Shown in pieces: positions 28,715-38,996 of a stretch of DNA of 64,000 nt; position 1 is the first letter of the stretch; each line of letters opens with the position of its first letter. The position numbers and the translations under genes are program-made. Source of the stretch: an uncultured Verrucomicrobiae bacterium (GTDB taxonomy: Bacteria > Verrucomicrobiota > Verrucomicrobiia > Chthoniobacterales > UBA10450); contig CAWDGJ010000002.1 of assembly GCA_963801815.1 (NCBI GenBank), positions 352,001 through 416,000 of the forward strand. The letters are read 5' to 3'. Below the pieces are notes generated by a model. It did no database searches. It was given only the letters and a program-made list of their open reading frames with translations, and had not been told where the DNA came from.

Positions 28715-29083
28715 ATGATTGCGTTGGCATTAATTTTGTGCGCGGCGATTGCCCTGCTGGGAGTGATCACAATCGTCAAACCCGCCTTGGCGCACGATTT
28801 GACGCGTTTGTTCGCGGACAAGACGGGCATGTGGGTCGTAACGGCAATTCGGGCGGTCCTCGCTCTCGGTCTCCTCGCCGCCGCCAGCGATTCGAAAGCG
28901 CCAATGTTGTTGCGCCTCCTCGGTTTGCTCATCCTGATCGTGGCGATCGTGATGCCGATCCTGGGTTTGGACCGGCATAGGCGAATGATTGACTGGTGGC
29001 TGGCGCGACCGCGGACCGTGCAAATGCTTTGTGGCGCATCCGCCTTCGTGTTCGGGATTGGCTTGATCTATTTGATCCTCTAA
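28715..29083 (+). CDS. Membrane protein, hypothetical
   Basis: Four hydrophobic segments. Confidence 0.7.
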   Translation: MIALALILCAAIALLGVITIVKPALAHDLTRLFADKTGMWVVTAIRAVLALGLLAAASDSKAPMLLRLLGLLILIVAIVMPILGLDRHRRMIDWWLARPRTVQMLCGASAFVFGIGLIYLIL

Positions 29084-29138
29084 AGCGCACGCATCGAAGG
29101 GGGCAAAGACTGAGCATGGGAAATGCTTTTTCCCTTGT

Positions 29139-29465
29139 ATGCCTCTTGCACTCACCTCCACAAAGCCGGGCAAACGGGAATCACGTCCAGACCTGACTCC
29201 GGCATTCGGCTCGGTCTATTCGATCACCGAGATTAATGCCTACATTGCAATTCGAGATCAGTTACTCGACGAAGCGGAAAAGCTTCACACAACTGCAAAG
29301 ATCGCGAGCACCGCGCTAGCCAACGATTTCGTCGAAGGCTGTCTAAAGTCACCGCGTCCTCCCTACGAAGCTCAATGCTTGCCGGAGAAAGATGCAATCC
29401 GCGAACGCAAACGCTGCGAGGCAGTTCGCGTGCGAATCGCGCAACTCCGCAGTTCGGCCGCCTAG
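29139..29465 (+). CDS. Hypothetical protein
   Basis: 108-aa ORF filling the gap, helical composition. Confidence 0.55.
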   Translation: MPLALTSTKPGKRESRPDLTPAFGSVYSITEINAYIAIRDQLLDEAEKLHTTAKIASTALANDFVEGCLKSPRPPYEAQCLPEKDAIRERKRCEAVRVRIAQLRSSAA

Positions 29466-29515
29466 CTGACGCCAATTAAAGATCGATTTGGATAACCGCC
29501 AGTCCGGCCCGGACT

Positions 29516-30754
29516 TTAATCCCTGCCCCACAACATCGCGACGCTCGTCGTCAGACTGCCGCCCATGTTGAAGGTGAGATAACGCTTCGCGTTTGGAATT
29601 TGGCGCGCCCCGGCTTGGCCGGTCAGATGTTGATAGGCCTCGACGACTTGTCGAACACCCGTCGCTCCAACCGGATGACCGTCGCCAATTAACCCGCCAC
29701 CCGGATTCACCGGCAGCTCGAACGCGAATTTTCCTTTCATCTTTTCGTTGCGGACTTGCGGCAGCGCAGTCGCGCCGCTCTTCGCTAATTCCGCGCCCTT
29801 CCCTGGTTCCGCGAGCCCGAGAATCTCATAGACCACGACCTCAGTGACCGAAAAACAATCATGAACGTCGGCGCCATTTAAATCGCGCGGTTTCAAGTTC
29901 GCCATTCCAAACGCGCGTTCCGCCGCTTTACGCGCGATCGAAAATGTCGGCGCGTCTTTTTTGTCGAGCGGCAAATAATCGGTCGCGTGACCAAATCCCA
30001 GCAAGCGCGGGGTTTTCTTTTTGTCGCGGCCGATCTTCTCCAAATATTTGCCCGACACCAAAACGAGCCCCGCCGACCCGTCCGTGATCTGCGAACAATC
30101 GGAAACTTTCAGCGGCGGAGCGACGCTCGGGTTTTTGTCCGACACTTGCGACGCGCAATCGAGCGTTAAGTCGGCATCGCGCATTTGCGCCAGCGGATTC
30201 AGCTTTGCATGCGCGTAGTTTTTCCACGCGACCGTGGCGAGGTCCGATTCGGTGGCGCCGTATTTGTCGATGTAAATTTGTGCGATCTTCCCGAACAGTT
30301 TCGGGAACATGAAATCGCCGTACTCCGGCTTTTCGTTGTGATAATCCGCAGCCGCGCCAAGTACATCGGATCCGTCCAACGACGACATGGTCTTCTGTTG
30401 TTCCGCGCCGACCACCAGGACCGTGTCGTAAATCCCGCCCATGATCCATTCCGCGCCGAGTAAAACCGAAAGTGCGCCCGAAGCGCAGGCTGCTTCGGTA
30501 TGCATTGTTGGAATGCCGCGCAATTTAGGATCGATCTCAGGAATGAACGCGCCGAGTTGTAATTGCTTTGTAAATTGCCCGGAGTTGAAATTTCCGACCG
30601 CGCCAGCCTGAATTTCGCCCGGGTCGATCTTCGCATCGTCAATCGCCTTCTTACCGGCCTCGACAATGAGATGGCGGATGGTCTTGCCTTCTTTCTTCAT
30701 GTTGCGCTTAAAGTCCGTGCGCCCGCCGCCGAGAATGTAAACTGGCTCGTTCAT
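29516..30754 (-). CDS. Thiolase (SCP2-like acetyl-CoA acyltransferase)
   Basis: EAACASG, HDCF, GHPVGATG. Confidence 0.92.
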   Translation of the reverse strand: MNEPVYILGGGRTDFKRNMKKEGKTIRHLIVEAGKKAIDDAKIDPGEIQAGAVGNFNSGQFTKQLQLGAFIPEIDPKLRGIPTMHTEAACASGALSVLLGAEWIMGGIYDTVLVVGAEQQKTMSSLDGSDVLGAAADYHNEKPEYGDFMFPKLFGKIAQIYIDKYGATESDLATVAWKNYAHAKLNPLAQMRDADLTLDCASQVSDKNPSVAPPLKVSDCSQITDGSAGLVLVSGKYLEKIGRDKKKTPRLLGFGHATDYLPLDKKDAPTFSIARKAAERAFGMANLKPRDLNGADVHDCFSVTEVVVYEILGLAEPGKGAELAKSGATALPQVRNEKMKGKFAFELPVNPGGGLIGDGHPVGATGVRQVVEAYQHLTGQAGARQIPNAKRYLTFNMGGSLTTSVAMLWGRD

Positions 30755-30792
30755 AGGATTTTAATTTAGCCAAAGTCGGCCCGCTGTCACCC

Positions 30793-30931
30793 TTCTGGGG
30801 AGCGCACGCGCCCTCGCGTGCTAACGCCAGTCCGGCTCGGACCGATTGCGCCTCGCAATCGTAAACTTTTTCTCTGTAGATTTCGGCGAGGGCGCCGAAA
30901 TCCGCACGCGGGGCGCGTGCGCTCCCCAGAA
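30793..30931. repeat. REP/MITE-like element family A (TTCTGGGGAGCGCACGCGCCC terminal inverted repeat)
   Basis: 21-bp perfect TIR; related copies at 41708-41813, 44644-44782, 59996-60121 and a half at 6550-6598. Confidence 0.85.
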
Positions 30932-30938
30932 AAATGCG

Positions 30939-32123
30939 TCAGCCGCCGAAGGCGCTGATTCCAGTAATGTCCCGGCCGATCGCCAACGTATGAACGTCGT
31001 GCGTCCCTTCGTATGTATAAACACTTTCGAGATTCATCATGTGACGAATGACCGGATATTTATCCGTGATTCCGGCTGCACCCAAAATGTCGCGCGCTTT
31101 CCGGGCGCATTCGAGCGCCATCCGGGCATTGTTGCGCTTCGCGAGTGAAATTTGTTCGGGCCGCGCAGTGCCCGCTTCCATCATCCGAGTGAGGCGCAGG
31201 GCCAGCAATTGTGCCTTGGTGATTTCGTTCACCATCCAAACCAGTTTCTCCTGCACTAGCTGAAAACTCGCAATTGCTTTCTCGAACTGCTTTCTCGATT
31301 TTGCGTAAGCCAGCGCGGTTTCGTAGCAATCAATCGACGCACCAATCACGCCCCAGGTGATGCTCGTCCGCGCCTGCGACAAACACGATAACGGCGCGCG
31401 CAGTCCGACTGCTTTCGGCAAACGGTTCCCGATTGGGATCCTGCAATTCTCGAACCAGCATTCTGATGTCCGCGACATGCGAAGACTAAATTTTCCTTCG
31501 ATGTCCTGGGCACGGAATCCCGGCGTATCTTTCTCGACAATGAATCCGCCAACCTTACCGTCGTCCGCTTTTGCCCAAACAACTTTTACGTCAGCGATCG
31601 ACGCATTGCCGATCCAACATTTGCTGCCGTTCAAGATGTAATAATCCCCGTCGCGAGTCGCGCGCGTTTCCATACCGGCCGGATCCGAGCCGTGTCCATG
31701 TTCGGTCAACGCAAAACAGCCGATGCTCTTTCCAGACACCAAACCGGGCAACCAACGTTCCTGTTGTTCTAGCGTCCCAAAAGAATGGATCGCGTGAATG
31801 GTAAGCGCGCCCTGAACCGACGCCAACGAACGCAGACCGGAATCGCCGCGTTCGAGCTCTTGCATCATCAAGCCGAACGCGGTGTAGCTCACGCCGGCAC
31901 AACCGTGCTCTTTTAAGTACGGCGCGAAAAATCCCAGCTCACCCATTCGCGGAATGAGCTGGTCTGGAAATTTTCCCGCGCGATGACACGGGACGATCTC
32001 GGGCTTCGCTTCTTCCTGGACAAACCGCCGCGCTCGATCGCGCGCCGCGCGTTCCTCATCGGTGAGGAGTTCTTCAATTGCGTAATAATCCAGCGAAATG
32101 TTGATAGCACTCAAGATCGGCAA
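30939..32123 (-). CDS. gcdH: Glutaryl-CoA dehydrogenase-like acyl-CoA dehydrogenase
   Basis: ELERGDSGLRS, GSDPAGMET, KRNN, TYEGTHDVH. Confidence 0.8.
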   Translation of the reverse strand: MPILSAINISLDYYAIEELLTDEERAARDRARRFVQEEAKPEIVPCHRAGKFPDQLIPRMGELGFFAPYLKEHGCAGVSYTAFGLMMQELERGDSGLRSLASVQGALTIHAIHSFGTLEQQERWLPGLVSGKSIGCFALTEHGHGSDPAGMETRATRDGDYYILNGSKCWIGNASIADVKVVWAKADDGKVGGFIVEKDTPGFRAQDIEGKFSLRMSRTSECWFENCRIPIGNRLPKAVGLRAPLSCLSQARTSITWGVIGASIDCYETALAYAKSRKQFEKAIASFQLVQEKLVWMVNEITKAQLLALRLTRMMEAGTARPEQISLAKRNNARMALECARKARDILGAAGITDKYPVIRHMMNLESVYTYEGTHDVHTLAIGRDITGISAFGG

Positions 32124-32228
32124 TCTCGCTGCGTCTTGGCAATCTGGAAAACATTATAAGGCCGAATACTACGTAGAAAGTCTGGGGAAACCTTGACTCG
32201 ATGAGACACCGCCTGATAGGACTCGCGG

Positions 32229-34658
32229 ATGAAAGTAGGCTGTTTGGTCGGATTTTTTGGGGCGATCGGTATCGTCTCGAGCGTGGCTGCCCCATTCACT
32301 GTGGTCAACACGAGTGATAGTGGGACGGGCTCATTGCGTCAGGCGATCCTCAACGCCAACGGTAACACCGGCGCTGATACGATTGGTTTTAACATTCCGG
32401 CGTCCGACCCGAATTGTGACCCGACGACGCATGTTTGTACCGTCACACTTGCTTCCAGCTTGCCGGCAATTACCGATCCAGTGACGATTGACGGCTACAC
32501 CCAGCCCGGTACCAGCGTTAACACACAGGCAAATAGCGACAACGCCGTGCTGCGAATCGAAATAAACGGGAATGGAAAAGATGGCTTTGTCATTACCGGC
32601 GGAAGCTCAACTATCCGCGGTCTGGTGATCAATCGCTGCGGTGGCGTGAGTTTCACCGACGCAGGTATTACATTGCGCTCAGGAAATAATGTCATTGAAG
32701 GAAACTTCATCGGCACAGACCCGACCGGCGAAACTGCAGAGCCAAATGTCTTTTCCGGCGGCGTTCTGGTAAGTACTGGTGCGAGTAACTTGATTGGAGG
32801 TACGACGCTTGCCGCGCGAAACCTCATTTCCGGTAACACGCAATCATCTATTTCGCAGAATGGAAATGTGACGCTCGCCAATGCGTTTAGCGATCCAGCT
32901 CCAAGTGGGACGCTCATCCGCGGCAACTTCATCGGGTTGGATGCCACGGGACTCGTCGCGATACATCCGCAAGCCTTCCAGAATTCTCCTGGAATTGGGG
33001 TGAGCTATGGTACCAGCACCATTATCGGTGGAACGGACGCCGATGATGGCTCCACTGATGGAACTGTTCTCGCGCGGAATGTGATTTCCGGCAATGCGGA
33101 GGGCATCTTTATCCAAGAACCGAATGATGGGGTGACGATCATTGATGGGGTGACCATTGAGGGAAATTTTATCGGAACTGATGCCACCGGCGTGACGGCC
33201 CTTCCGAATTTCAGCGGTGGTATTTTTGCCCAGTCCACCGCTACGTACGCAACAAACGTCGCGATTGGCGGAAGTGCCGCCGGCGCGGGAAACGTCATTT
33301 CCGGAAACATGGGCAACGGCGCGTCAATGAGCATCTTGAGTGGAACAATAGAGGGCAACTTAATCGGACCTGACGCGACCGGCACCGTAGCTCTTGGTAA
33401 CGGCGGTAGTTCCAACAACCATGATGGCGGCGTCGGCTTGCACATTGCCCTAGGAGGAAGCGGTACTCCGGCTTTTGATGTCCACGTCGGCGAGCCAGGC
33501 GTACCCAACATTATTTCCGGTAACTCCTCTGACGGACTCTCCATTACCGGCTTGGATTCTGGTTCGGTCACCGTGTGGGGCAACTTCATCGGAACACAAA
33601 TTGACGGACAAACGCCACTGGCAAATCATGGAGATGGCATCTTTATGAACCGGCACGCCGCGATTGGCGGTCATGAAGTTGCCGGCCAGGGCAACGTGAT
33701 CGCCAACAACACCCAGGACGGCATCTTCATCTCCAATCAGAATGGCAACATCGTCAATTCGAACATCTCGCTAAATTCAATTTATTCTAACGGGAGTTTG
33801 GGCATCGACCTCAATGGGGACGGAGTCACACTTAACGATAATTGCGACGTTGATGTCGGCGCGAATAATCTACAAAACTACCCAGTGCTGACGTCGGCCG
33901 TCATCGCTGGCGGAATGGTCACCGTTTCCGGCACGTTGAACAGCACAGGTGACGACACGATTCGGGTTGAGTTTTTCTCCAACACCACCTGCGACCCGTC
34001 CAGCCATGGCGAGGGGCAAACCCCGCTTGGATTTACGAATGCCTTCACCGACTCAAACACATGCGCCGCAAGCTTTGGTCCCATAGCGTTTTCCATTCCG
34101 ACTGGTCAAACCGTTATCACCGCGACGGCCACCGATGGTGACAACACTTCCGAATTCTCTGCGTGCTTCAATGCGGCGGCTCCGACGCCCACACCAACGC
34201 CAACGCCAACTCCGACACCGACTCCAACTGCGACTCCGACGGCTACGCCAACTCCGACGGCTACCCCTAGACCTACGCCGACCCCAACGCCCACTCCTAC
34301 CCCGACAGGATCCGGAGGTACTGTTCAAGGAGGAGGAACATTTCAGACCGGTGCAGGTCAGGGATACTTCAGCGTTGGCGTTTCGACGCAAAAGAAAGGC
34401 GGCGTAAATGGCCAGTTCTCCTACAGGGATCTTACCCGCGGCTTCGAGTTGGACTCAGTGAAGTTTACATCCTTGATCGTAAATGGTAATCACGCTCAAC
34501 TCTCCGGTACAGGGAAGATTGGCAAGCAAGCCGTTTCCTTCACCGCCAATTTTATTGATAACGGTAATCCGGGAAGGCTGGATTATTTTTCTGTATCGAT
34601 AAGCACCGGTTACTCTGCCGGTAACAATCTAAGCAGTGGCAACTTTCAAGTTTTCTAA
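32229..34658 (+). CDS. Secreted right-handed beta-helix repeat protein with Pro/Thr linker and C-terminal beta domain
   Basis: Signal peptide, GSLRQAI, repeated GNFIGTD / NVISGN, GANNLQNYP, (PT)n at about 34180-34306. Confidence 0.85.
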   Translation: MKVGCLVGFFGAIGIVSSVAAPFTVVNTSDSGTGSLRQAILNANGNTGADTIGFNIPASDPNCDPTTHVCTVTLASSLPAITDPVTIDGYTQPGTSVNTQANSDNAVLRIEINGNGKDGFVITGGSSTIRGLVINRCGGVSFTDAGITLRSGNNVIEGNFIGTDPTGETAEPNVFSGGVLVSTGASNLIGGTTLAARNLISGNTQSSISQNGNVTLANAFSDPAPSGTLIRGNFIGLDATGLVAIHPQAFQNSPGIGVSYGTSTIIGGTDADDGSTDGTVLARNVISGNAEGIFIQEPNDGVTIIDGVTIEGNFIGTDATGVTALPNFSGGIFAQSTATYATNVAIGGSAAGAGNVISGNMGNGASMSILSGTIEGNLIGPDATGTVALGNGGSSNNHDGGVGLHIALGGSGTPAFDVHVGEPGVPNIISGNSSDGLSITGLDSGSVTVWGNFIGTQIDGQTPLANHGDGIFMNRHAAIGGHEVAGQGNVIANNTQDGIFISNQNGNIVNSNISLNSIYSNGSLGIDLNGDGVTLNDNCDVDVGANNLQNYPVLTSAVIAGGMVTVSGTLNSTGDDTIRVEFFSNTTCDPSSHGEGQTPLGFTNAFTDSNTCAASFGPIAFSIPTGQTVITATATDGDNTSEFSACFNAAAPTPTPTPTPTPTPTPTATPTATPTPTATPRPTPTPTPTPTPTGSGGTVQGGGTFQTGAGQGYFSVGVSTQKKGGVNGQFSYRDLTRGFELDSVKFTSLIVNGNHAQLSGTGKIGKQAVSFTANFIDNGNPGRLDYFSVSISTGYSAGNNLSSGNFQVF

Positions 34659-34682
34659 AGCGTAATAAGAATAGAACTCAGT

Positions 34683-35438
34683 ATGGCCAACAAACACCAC
34701 AAGATGAAAAAACTGTTCTTGATCTCCTTAGCCTCTATTGCGCTATCAGCGCTCGTTTACGCGGGACCGGAACCGATCTCGACTAAAGAAATGAAACAGC
34801 CGGTCGCCGCTCCGGAGACGTGTCCAGAATGGTACGCCGACAATGAATGGAACGTGAGCATCTGGGGTACATACGCTTTTTGCGAAACCGATTTTGACCG
34901 CGCTAATTTATTCGACACCGAACGAACCTCGGCCAATGGCGGCGGCGCAGGCAGCTGGGACCGATTCTTGGGCGACGATCATGCCTGGGGCGGAGGTATC
35001 GATGCGAAATATTTTTTCCGTCGTTATTTCGGGATTGGAATTGAAGGCTTCGCAATGGAAGCCCACGAAAGCCAATACACGATCGAGGATTTCGGCATTG
35101 ACGCTTTTCACAAGGGCAGCACCAATCACATAGTGGGAGCGGCACTTGGGACTTTGACCTTTCGTTATCCGATTCACTGCAGTCGTTTTGCGCCATACGT
35201 GTGGGCCGGAGGCGGTGGCATCTTCGGAGGGCAAACCGATCGCGAACACCACTTTGACACCGTGGTTCAAGACATAACCCACGAGGATTTATCAAAAGCG
35301 ATGGGCCAATTCGGCGGAGGGTTGGAAGTTCGCATCACTCACCACGTGGGTCTGATCGGTGATTTCAGTTGGTCCGTTCTCGATGGTCCGGACAACAACT
35401 TCGGGATGGTGCGGACCGGACTCAACTTCGCATTCTAG
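34683..35438 (+). CDS. Outer-membrane beta-barrel protein
   Basis: Signal peptide, WGGGIDAKYFF, terminal RTGLNFAF. Confidence 0.82.
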   Translation: MANKHHKMKKLFLISLASIALSALVYAGPEPISTKEMKQPVAAPETCPEWYADNEWNVSIWGTYAFCETDFDRANLFDTERTSANGGGAGSWDRFLGDDHAWGGGIDAKYFFRRYFGIGIEGFAMEAHESQYTIEDFGIDAFHKGSTNHIVGAALGTLTFRYPIHCSRFAPYVWAGGGGIFGGQTDREHHFDTVVQDITHEDLSKAMGQFGGGLEVRITHHVGLIGDFSWSVLDGPDNNFGMVRTGLNFAF

Positions 35439-35612
35439 GCTCAACCGTAGCGAGAGTCCGCTGAACCGCTGACACTAGCCGAGTCGCGGGTGGGAAGAAT
35501 AGGACCACTCGGCTCCCGCCGCATAAGCCGTGACTAGTCGCGGCGCATTTTCAAGGTTCTCATTGCAAAGCGCTTTGCAACCGGCCGCTGGTTCGTGAAA
35601 ATAGCAGGCTGC

Positions 35613-37148
35613 ATGGCGCGACTTCACGAATATCAAGGCAAAGCGATCCTGGCCGCGAATGGTTTTAAGATTCCGCGCGGTCGCGCTGCCTCGACTCCGG
35701 ACGAAGCCGTGGCGGTAGCCAAAGAACTTGGCGGGCAAGTTGTAATTAAGATTCAGGCCTGGACCACAGGTCGCGCCGGTATCGGCGGAGTTGCTTTCGC
35801 CAAGCGGCCGGCCGATGTCCGCGGTCAAGCGGCCAGAATGTTGTCGATGAAAGTGGGGCAGTTCCCGGTCGAAGCCGTTTTGGTTGAAGAAAAGATCGAC
35901 ATCGTGCGGGAGTTTTTTCTTTCGCTGGCGATCGATGACGCCGCGCGCGCGCCGGTGATCATTTTTGCAACCGGCGGCGGCACCGGAATCGAAGAACGCG
36001 CCGCTTCCACGAAAAAAATTCCGTGCGACGTCAAGACCGGCCCGCTCGATGCGGCGCTAAACGAAGCTGTCGCGTTGTGCAATCTTTCAAAAGATCAAGC
36101 GCCAGAGCTGGCCGAATCGATTCGCAAACTGTTCGCCGCCGCGAAAAGTGTGGAAGCGCGCTCGCTCGAAATCAATCCACTCGTTTTGACAAAAACCGGC
36201 GAATTCGTCGCCGCCGATTGCCGGATCACGATCGACGACTACGCGGTCGCGCGTCATCCCGAACTGAAGATCGAGATCGCGCGCGAGTTCGATCATCCGC
36301 CGACCGCGCTCGAGCGCGTCGCTTACGCAGTCGAACAAGCCGATCACCGCGGGACATTTTATTTCGTGCAGCTCGCGACTTCGGCGCCAAAGGAATCTAA
36401 AGGCCTGGCCGGATTTCACGGCGCCGGCGGCGGCGGCTCGATGATGTCGATGGATGCGATCGTGAATGCCGGATTCACCATCGCCAATTTCACCGACACG
36501 AGCGGCAATCCGTCCGCGTCGAAAGTTTATCGCGCCGCGCGAATTATTTTGGCGCAGACCGATCTGGTTGGTTATTTTGGTTCCGGCTCGGGCGTCGCAA
36601 GTCAGGAGCAATACTGGTCGGCCTACGGCCTCGCCAAAGCGTTTTTGGAACTCAATCTCGACATTCCGGCGGTGATTCGTCTAGGCGGAAACACTGAAGA
36701 TCGCGCCGTCGAAATTTTGGCGCGCATGTCGAAGCTGCTAGGCGCGCGAATCGAAGGTTATCGAAAAACCGACACGCCCGCGTTCATCGCCAATCGATTC
36801 GCTGAGCTCGTTGCCGAATCAAAAGGCAAGAAATGGAAACCGCGCGCTCCACGAACTCCAAAGTTCATCGAGAATAAATCGGCAACGAAGTTTGAAGTGA
36901 AAGGTGGCCGGGTTTGGATCGATAACACAATGTGGCCCTTGATTCGGACAGCGATCGAAACTCATTCCGGCGGATTGATTGTCGATCGCGCGGACGCGCC
37001 CACAATCGCACTGCCAACAGAAGAGTTTGCCAACAAAGATTCCGAGCTAGTTGCCTGCGACGTGGAATGCCGGCTCGCCGAAATCGACGGCTTCTATTTA
37101 GAGCTCGATATTCCTGGACTCAACGAATTGATCGGGGGCGCGCGCTAA
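35613..37148 (+). CDS. ATP-grasp subunit of an ATP-citrate-lyase / succinyl-CoA-synthetase-beta-like ligase, with C-terminal extension
   Basis: RLHEYQGK, GRAGIGGV, LEINPL, GAGGGGSM, NFTDTSGNP, IRLGGN. Confidence 0.88.
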   Translation: MARLHEYQGKAILAANGFKIPRGRAASTPDEAVAVAKELGGQVVIKIQAWTTGRAGIGGVAFAKRPADVRGQAARMLSMKVGQFPVEAVLVEEKIDIVREFFLSLAIDDAARAPVIIFATGGGTGIEERAASTKKIPCDVKTGPLDAALNEAVALCNLSKDQAPELAESIRKLFAAAKSVEARSLEINPLVLTKTGEFVAADCRITIDDYAVARHPELKIEIAREFDHPPTALERVAYAVEQADHRGTFYFVQLATSAPKESKGLAGFHGAGGGGSMMSMDAIVNAGFTIANFTDTSGNPSASKVYRAARIILAQTDLVGYFGSGSGVASQEQYWSAYGLAKAFLELNLDIPAVIRLGGNTEDRAVEILARMSKLLGARIEGYRKTDTPAFIANRFAELVAESKGKKWKPRAPRTPKFIENKSATKFEVKGGRVWIDNTMWPLIRTAIETHSGGLIVDRADAPTIALPTEEFANKDSELVACDVECRLAEIDGFYLELDIPGLNELIGGAR

Positions 37149-38902
37149 TGGCAATCTTGATCGACGAGACGAAGCGCGTGCTGGTCCAGGGAATCACCGG
37201 CCGCGAAGGTCGCGCCCGCACGCGATTGATGCGCGATTACGGGACAAACGTCGTTGCCGGCGTGACGCCCGGAAAAGGCGGCGAGAATGTTCTCGGCGTT
37301 CCGGTTTTCAACACACCACAGGACGCCGTCAATTCGTTAGGCGAGATCGACATCTCCGTGCTTTTCGTTCCGGCAGCCGGCGTGAAAGACGCGGCGATCT
37401 CCGCGATCGAAGCTGGAATCAAACTCACAGTCCTCGTTCCCGATCGCGTTCCGGTTTGGGATGCGATGGAAATTGCTGCGGTCGCCAAAGCGCACGGCGC
37501 GATGTTCGTCGGCCCGAACACGCTCGGCGTGTTGAGTCCGGGCAAAGCAGTTGTCGGAATGATCGGCGGCCGCGCCGAGAGCGCACGGCAATGGTTCAAG
37601 CCCGGGATTCCAAAAGGCGTTGGCGTGATTAGTCGCTCCGGCGGAATGGCGTCGAGCACCGGATATTATTTAGGACAAGCTGGCGTTCGGATTTCGACAA
37701 TCGCGCACATCGGCGGCGATGCCGTTCTCGGAATTCGCATTCCAGACGCCGCTCTGATGTTCGAAGCCGACCCGCTAACCGAAGCGATCGTGATTTTCGG
37801 CGAAATCGGTTCGTCCCAGGAGGAAGAGCTCGCGCAACTGATTCGCGATCGCAAAGTGACCAAACCGGTGATCGCCTACATCGGCGGCAAAGCGGCGCGC
37901 GAAGGAACGCGATTCAGTCACGCCGGCGCGATCATCGAAGGCGGACGCGGCACGCACGCCGGAAAAGTGAAAGCTTTGCGTGAAGCCGGTGCGACGGTGG
38001 TTGATGCCTTTGGCGAATTGCCTGGTGCGGTCGTCGAAATTCTGAAGAGAATGAATGGTCAAAGCCTGATGAACGAAACCGACAAGAATGCGGTTTGGAA
38101 TAGCGCGATCACGCGCATCGAACCAAATCGGGTCGCGGTCCGCGGCTACGACATCGCCGAATTGATGGGGCGCGTTTCGTTTGGCGCGGCGGCCTACTTA
38201 ATTCTGACAGGCGAATTGCCATCCGCAGCAGTCGGTCGCTTGATGGACGCAATTCTCGTTTCGTCGATCGATCATGGCGCAACGCCACCGAGCGCGCTGG
38301 CCGCGCGAACCACGGCTTCGACCGGCGCTTCGCTGAGCGCAGCGGTCGCTGCCGGAATCATGTCGATCAATCGACATCACGGCGGCGCGATCGAGGATTG
38401 CGCGCGCCAATTGAAAGCAATCGCGGACCGCTCGACGCGGGAAAAGACTTCAATCGAGGAAGCGGCAACGCGAACCCTCGCGGAAATGCGCGAACACGGC
38501 ACTCGGATGTCCGGATTTGGTCATCGCGTTCACACCAAGGACCCGCGGACGGCGCGATTATTCGAACTCGCACGCGAAGCTGGAGTCGACGGCGTGCACA
38601 TGAAAGCGGCGCGTGCGGTCGAAAAATCGTTCGCCGACGCAAAGAAAGCGCTGCCGATCAATGTCGATGGCGCCATCGGCGCGATCCTGGCCGATCTCGG
38701 AATGGATCCCTTCGCCTTCAACGGCATTTTCATGATCGCGCGCACTCCCGGACTGGTCGCGCACGTGATCGAAGAACAAACTCGCGAGAAACCAATGCGG
38801 CGGATCGACCCGGTTAAACACGGTTACGACGGACCGGCACCGAGAAGCATCCTTCAGGAAACTCCAAATTCCAAAGCCCACGCTTCAAAGAAGCTTCAAT
38901 GA
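37148..38902 (+). CDS. CoA-binding alpha subunit fused to citryl-CoA-lyase domain (AclA-like)
   Basis: VQGITGREG, GPNTLG, SRSGG, phospho-His FSHAGA, then DHG, HGGAIE, GFGHRVH, INVDG. Confidence 0.9.
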   Translation: MAILIDETKRVLVQGITGREGRARTRLMRDYGTNVVAGVTPGKGGENVLGVPVFNTPQDAVNSLGEIDISVLFVPAAGVKDAAISAIEAGIKLTVLVPDRVPVWDAMEIAAVAKAHGAMFVGPNTLGVLSPGKAVVGMIGGRAESARQWFKPGIPKGVGVISRSGGMASSTGYYLGQAGVRISTIAHIGGDAVLGIRIPDAALMFEADPLTEAIVIFGEIGSSQEEELAQLIRDRKVTKPVIAYIGGKAAREGTRFSHAGAIIEGGRGTHAGKVKALREAGATVVDAFGELPGAVVEILKRMNGQSLMNETDKNAVWNSAITRIEPNRVAVRGYDIAELMGRVSFGAAAYLILTGELPSAAVGRLMDAILVSSIDHGATPPSALAARTTASTGASLSAAVAAGIMSINRHHGGAIEDCARQLKAIADRSTREKTSIEEAATRTLAEMREHGTRMSGFGHRVHTKDPRTARLFELAREAGVDGVHMKAARAVEKSFADAKKALPINVDGAIGAILADLGMDPFAFNGIFMIARTPGLVAHVIEEQTREKPMRRIDPVKHGYDGPAPRSILQETPNSKAHASKKLQ

Positions 38903-38991
38903 GATCAAACTCCAAGTATCCAACGCGTTTCTTGCTTTGGAGATTGAAGATTGGAAATTCCTTGGGGTTTGGTGCTTGGGATTTGGGATTT
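38857..38991. repeat. Inverted heptamer repeat cluster (AAACTCC/AAATTCC ... TTGGGAT)
   Basis: C-rich heptamers left, G/T-rich right; same family at 62183-62310. Confidence 0.7.
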
Positions 38992-38996
38992 AAGTT

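Noticed and set aside
34180..34306. Tandem DNA repeat as a mobile or CRISPR-like feature
   Set aside because: Degenerate codons of a Pro/Thr protein linker
35613..38902. ATP citrate lyase as evidence of rTCA autotrophy
   Set aside because: The substrate loop is divergent, no ferredoxin oxidoreductases or fumarate reductase occur in the window, and the context is catabolic
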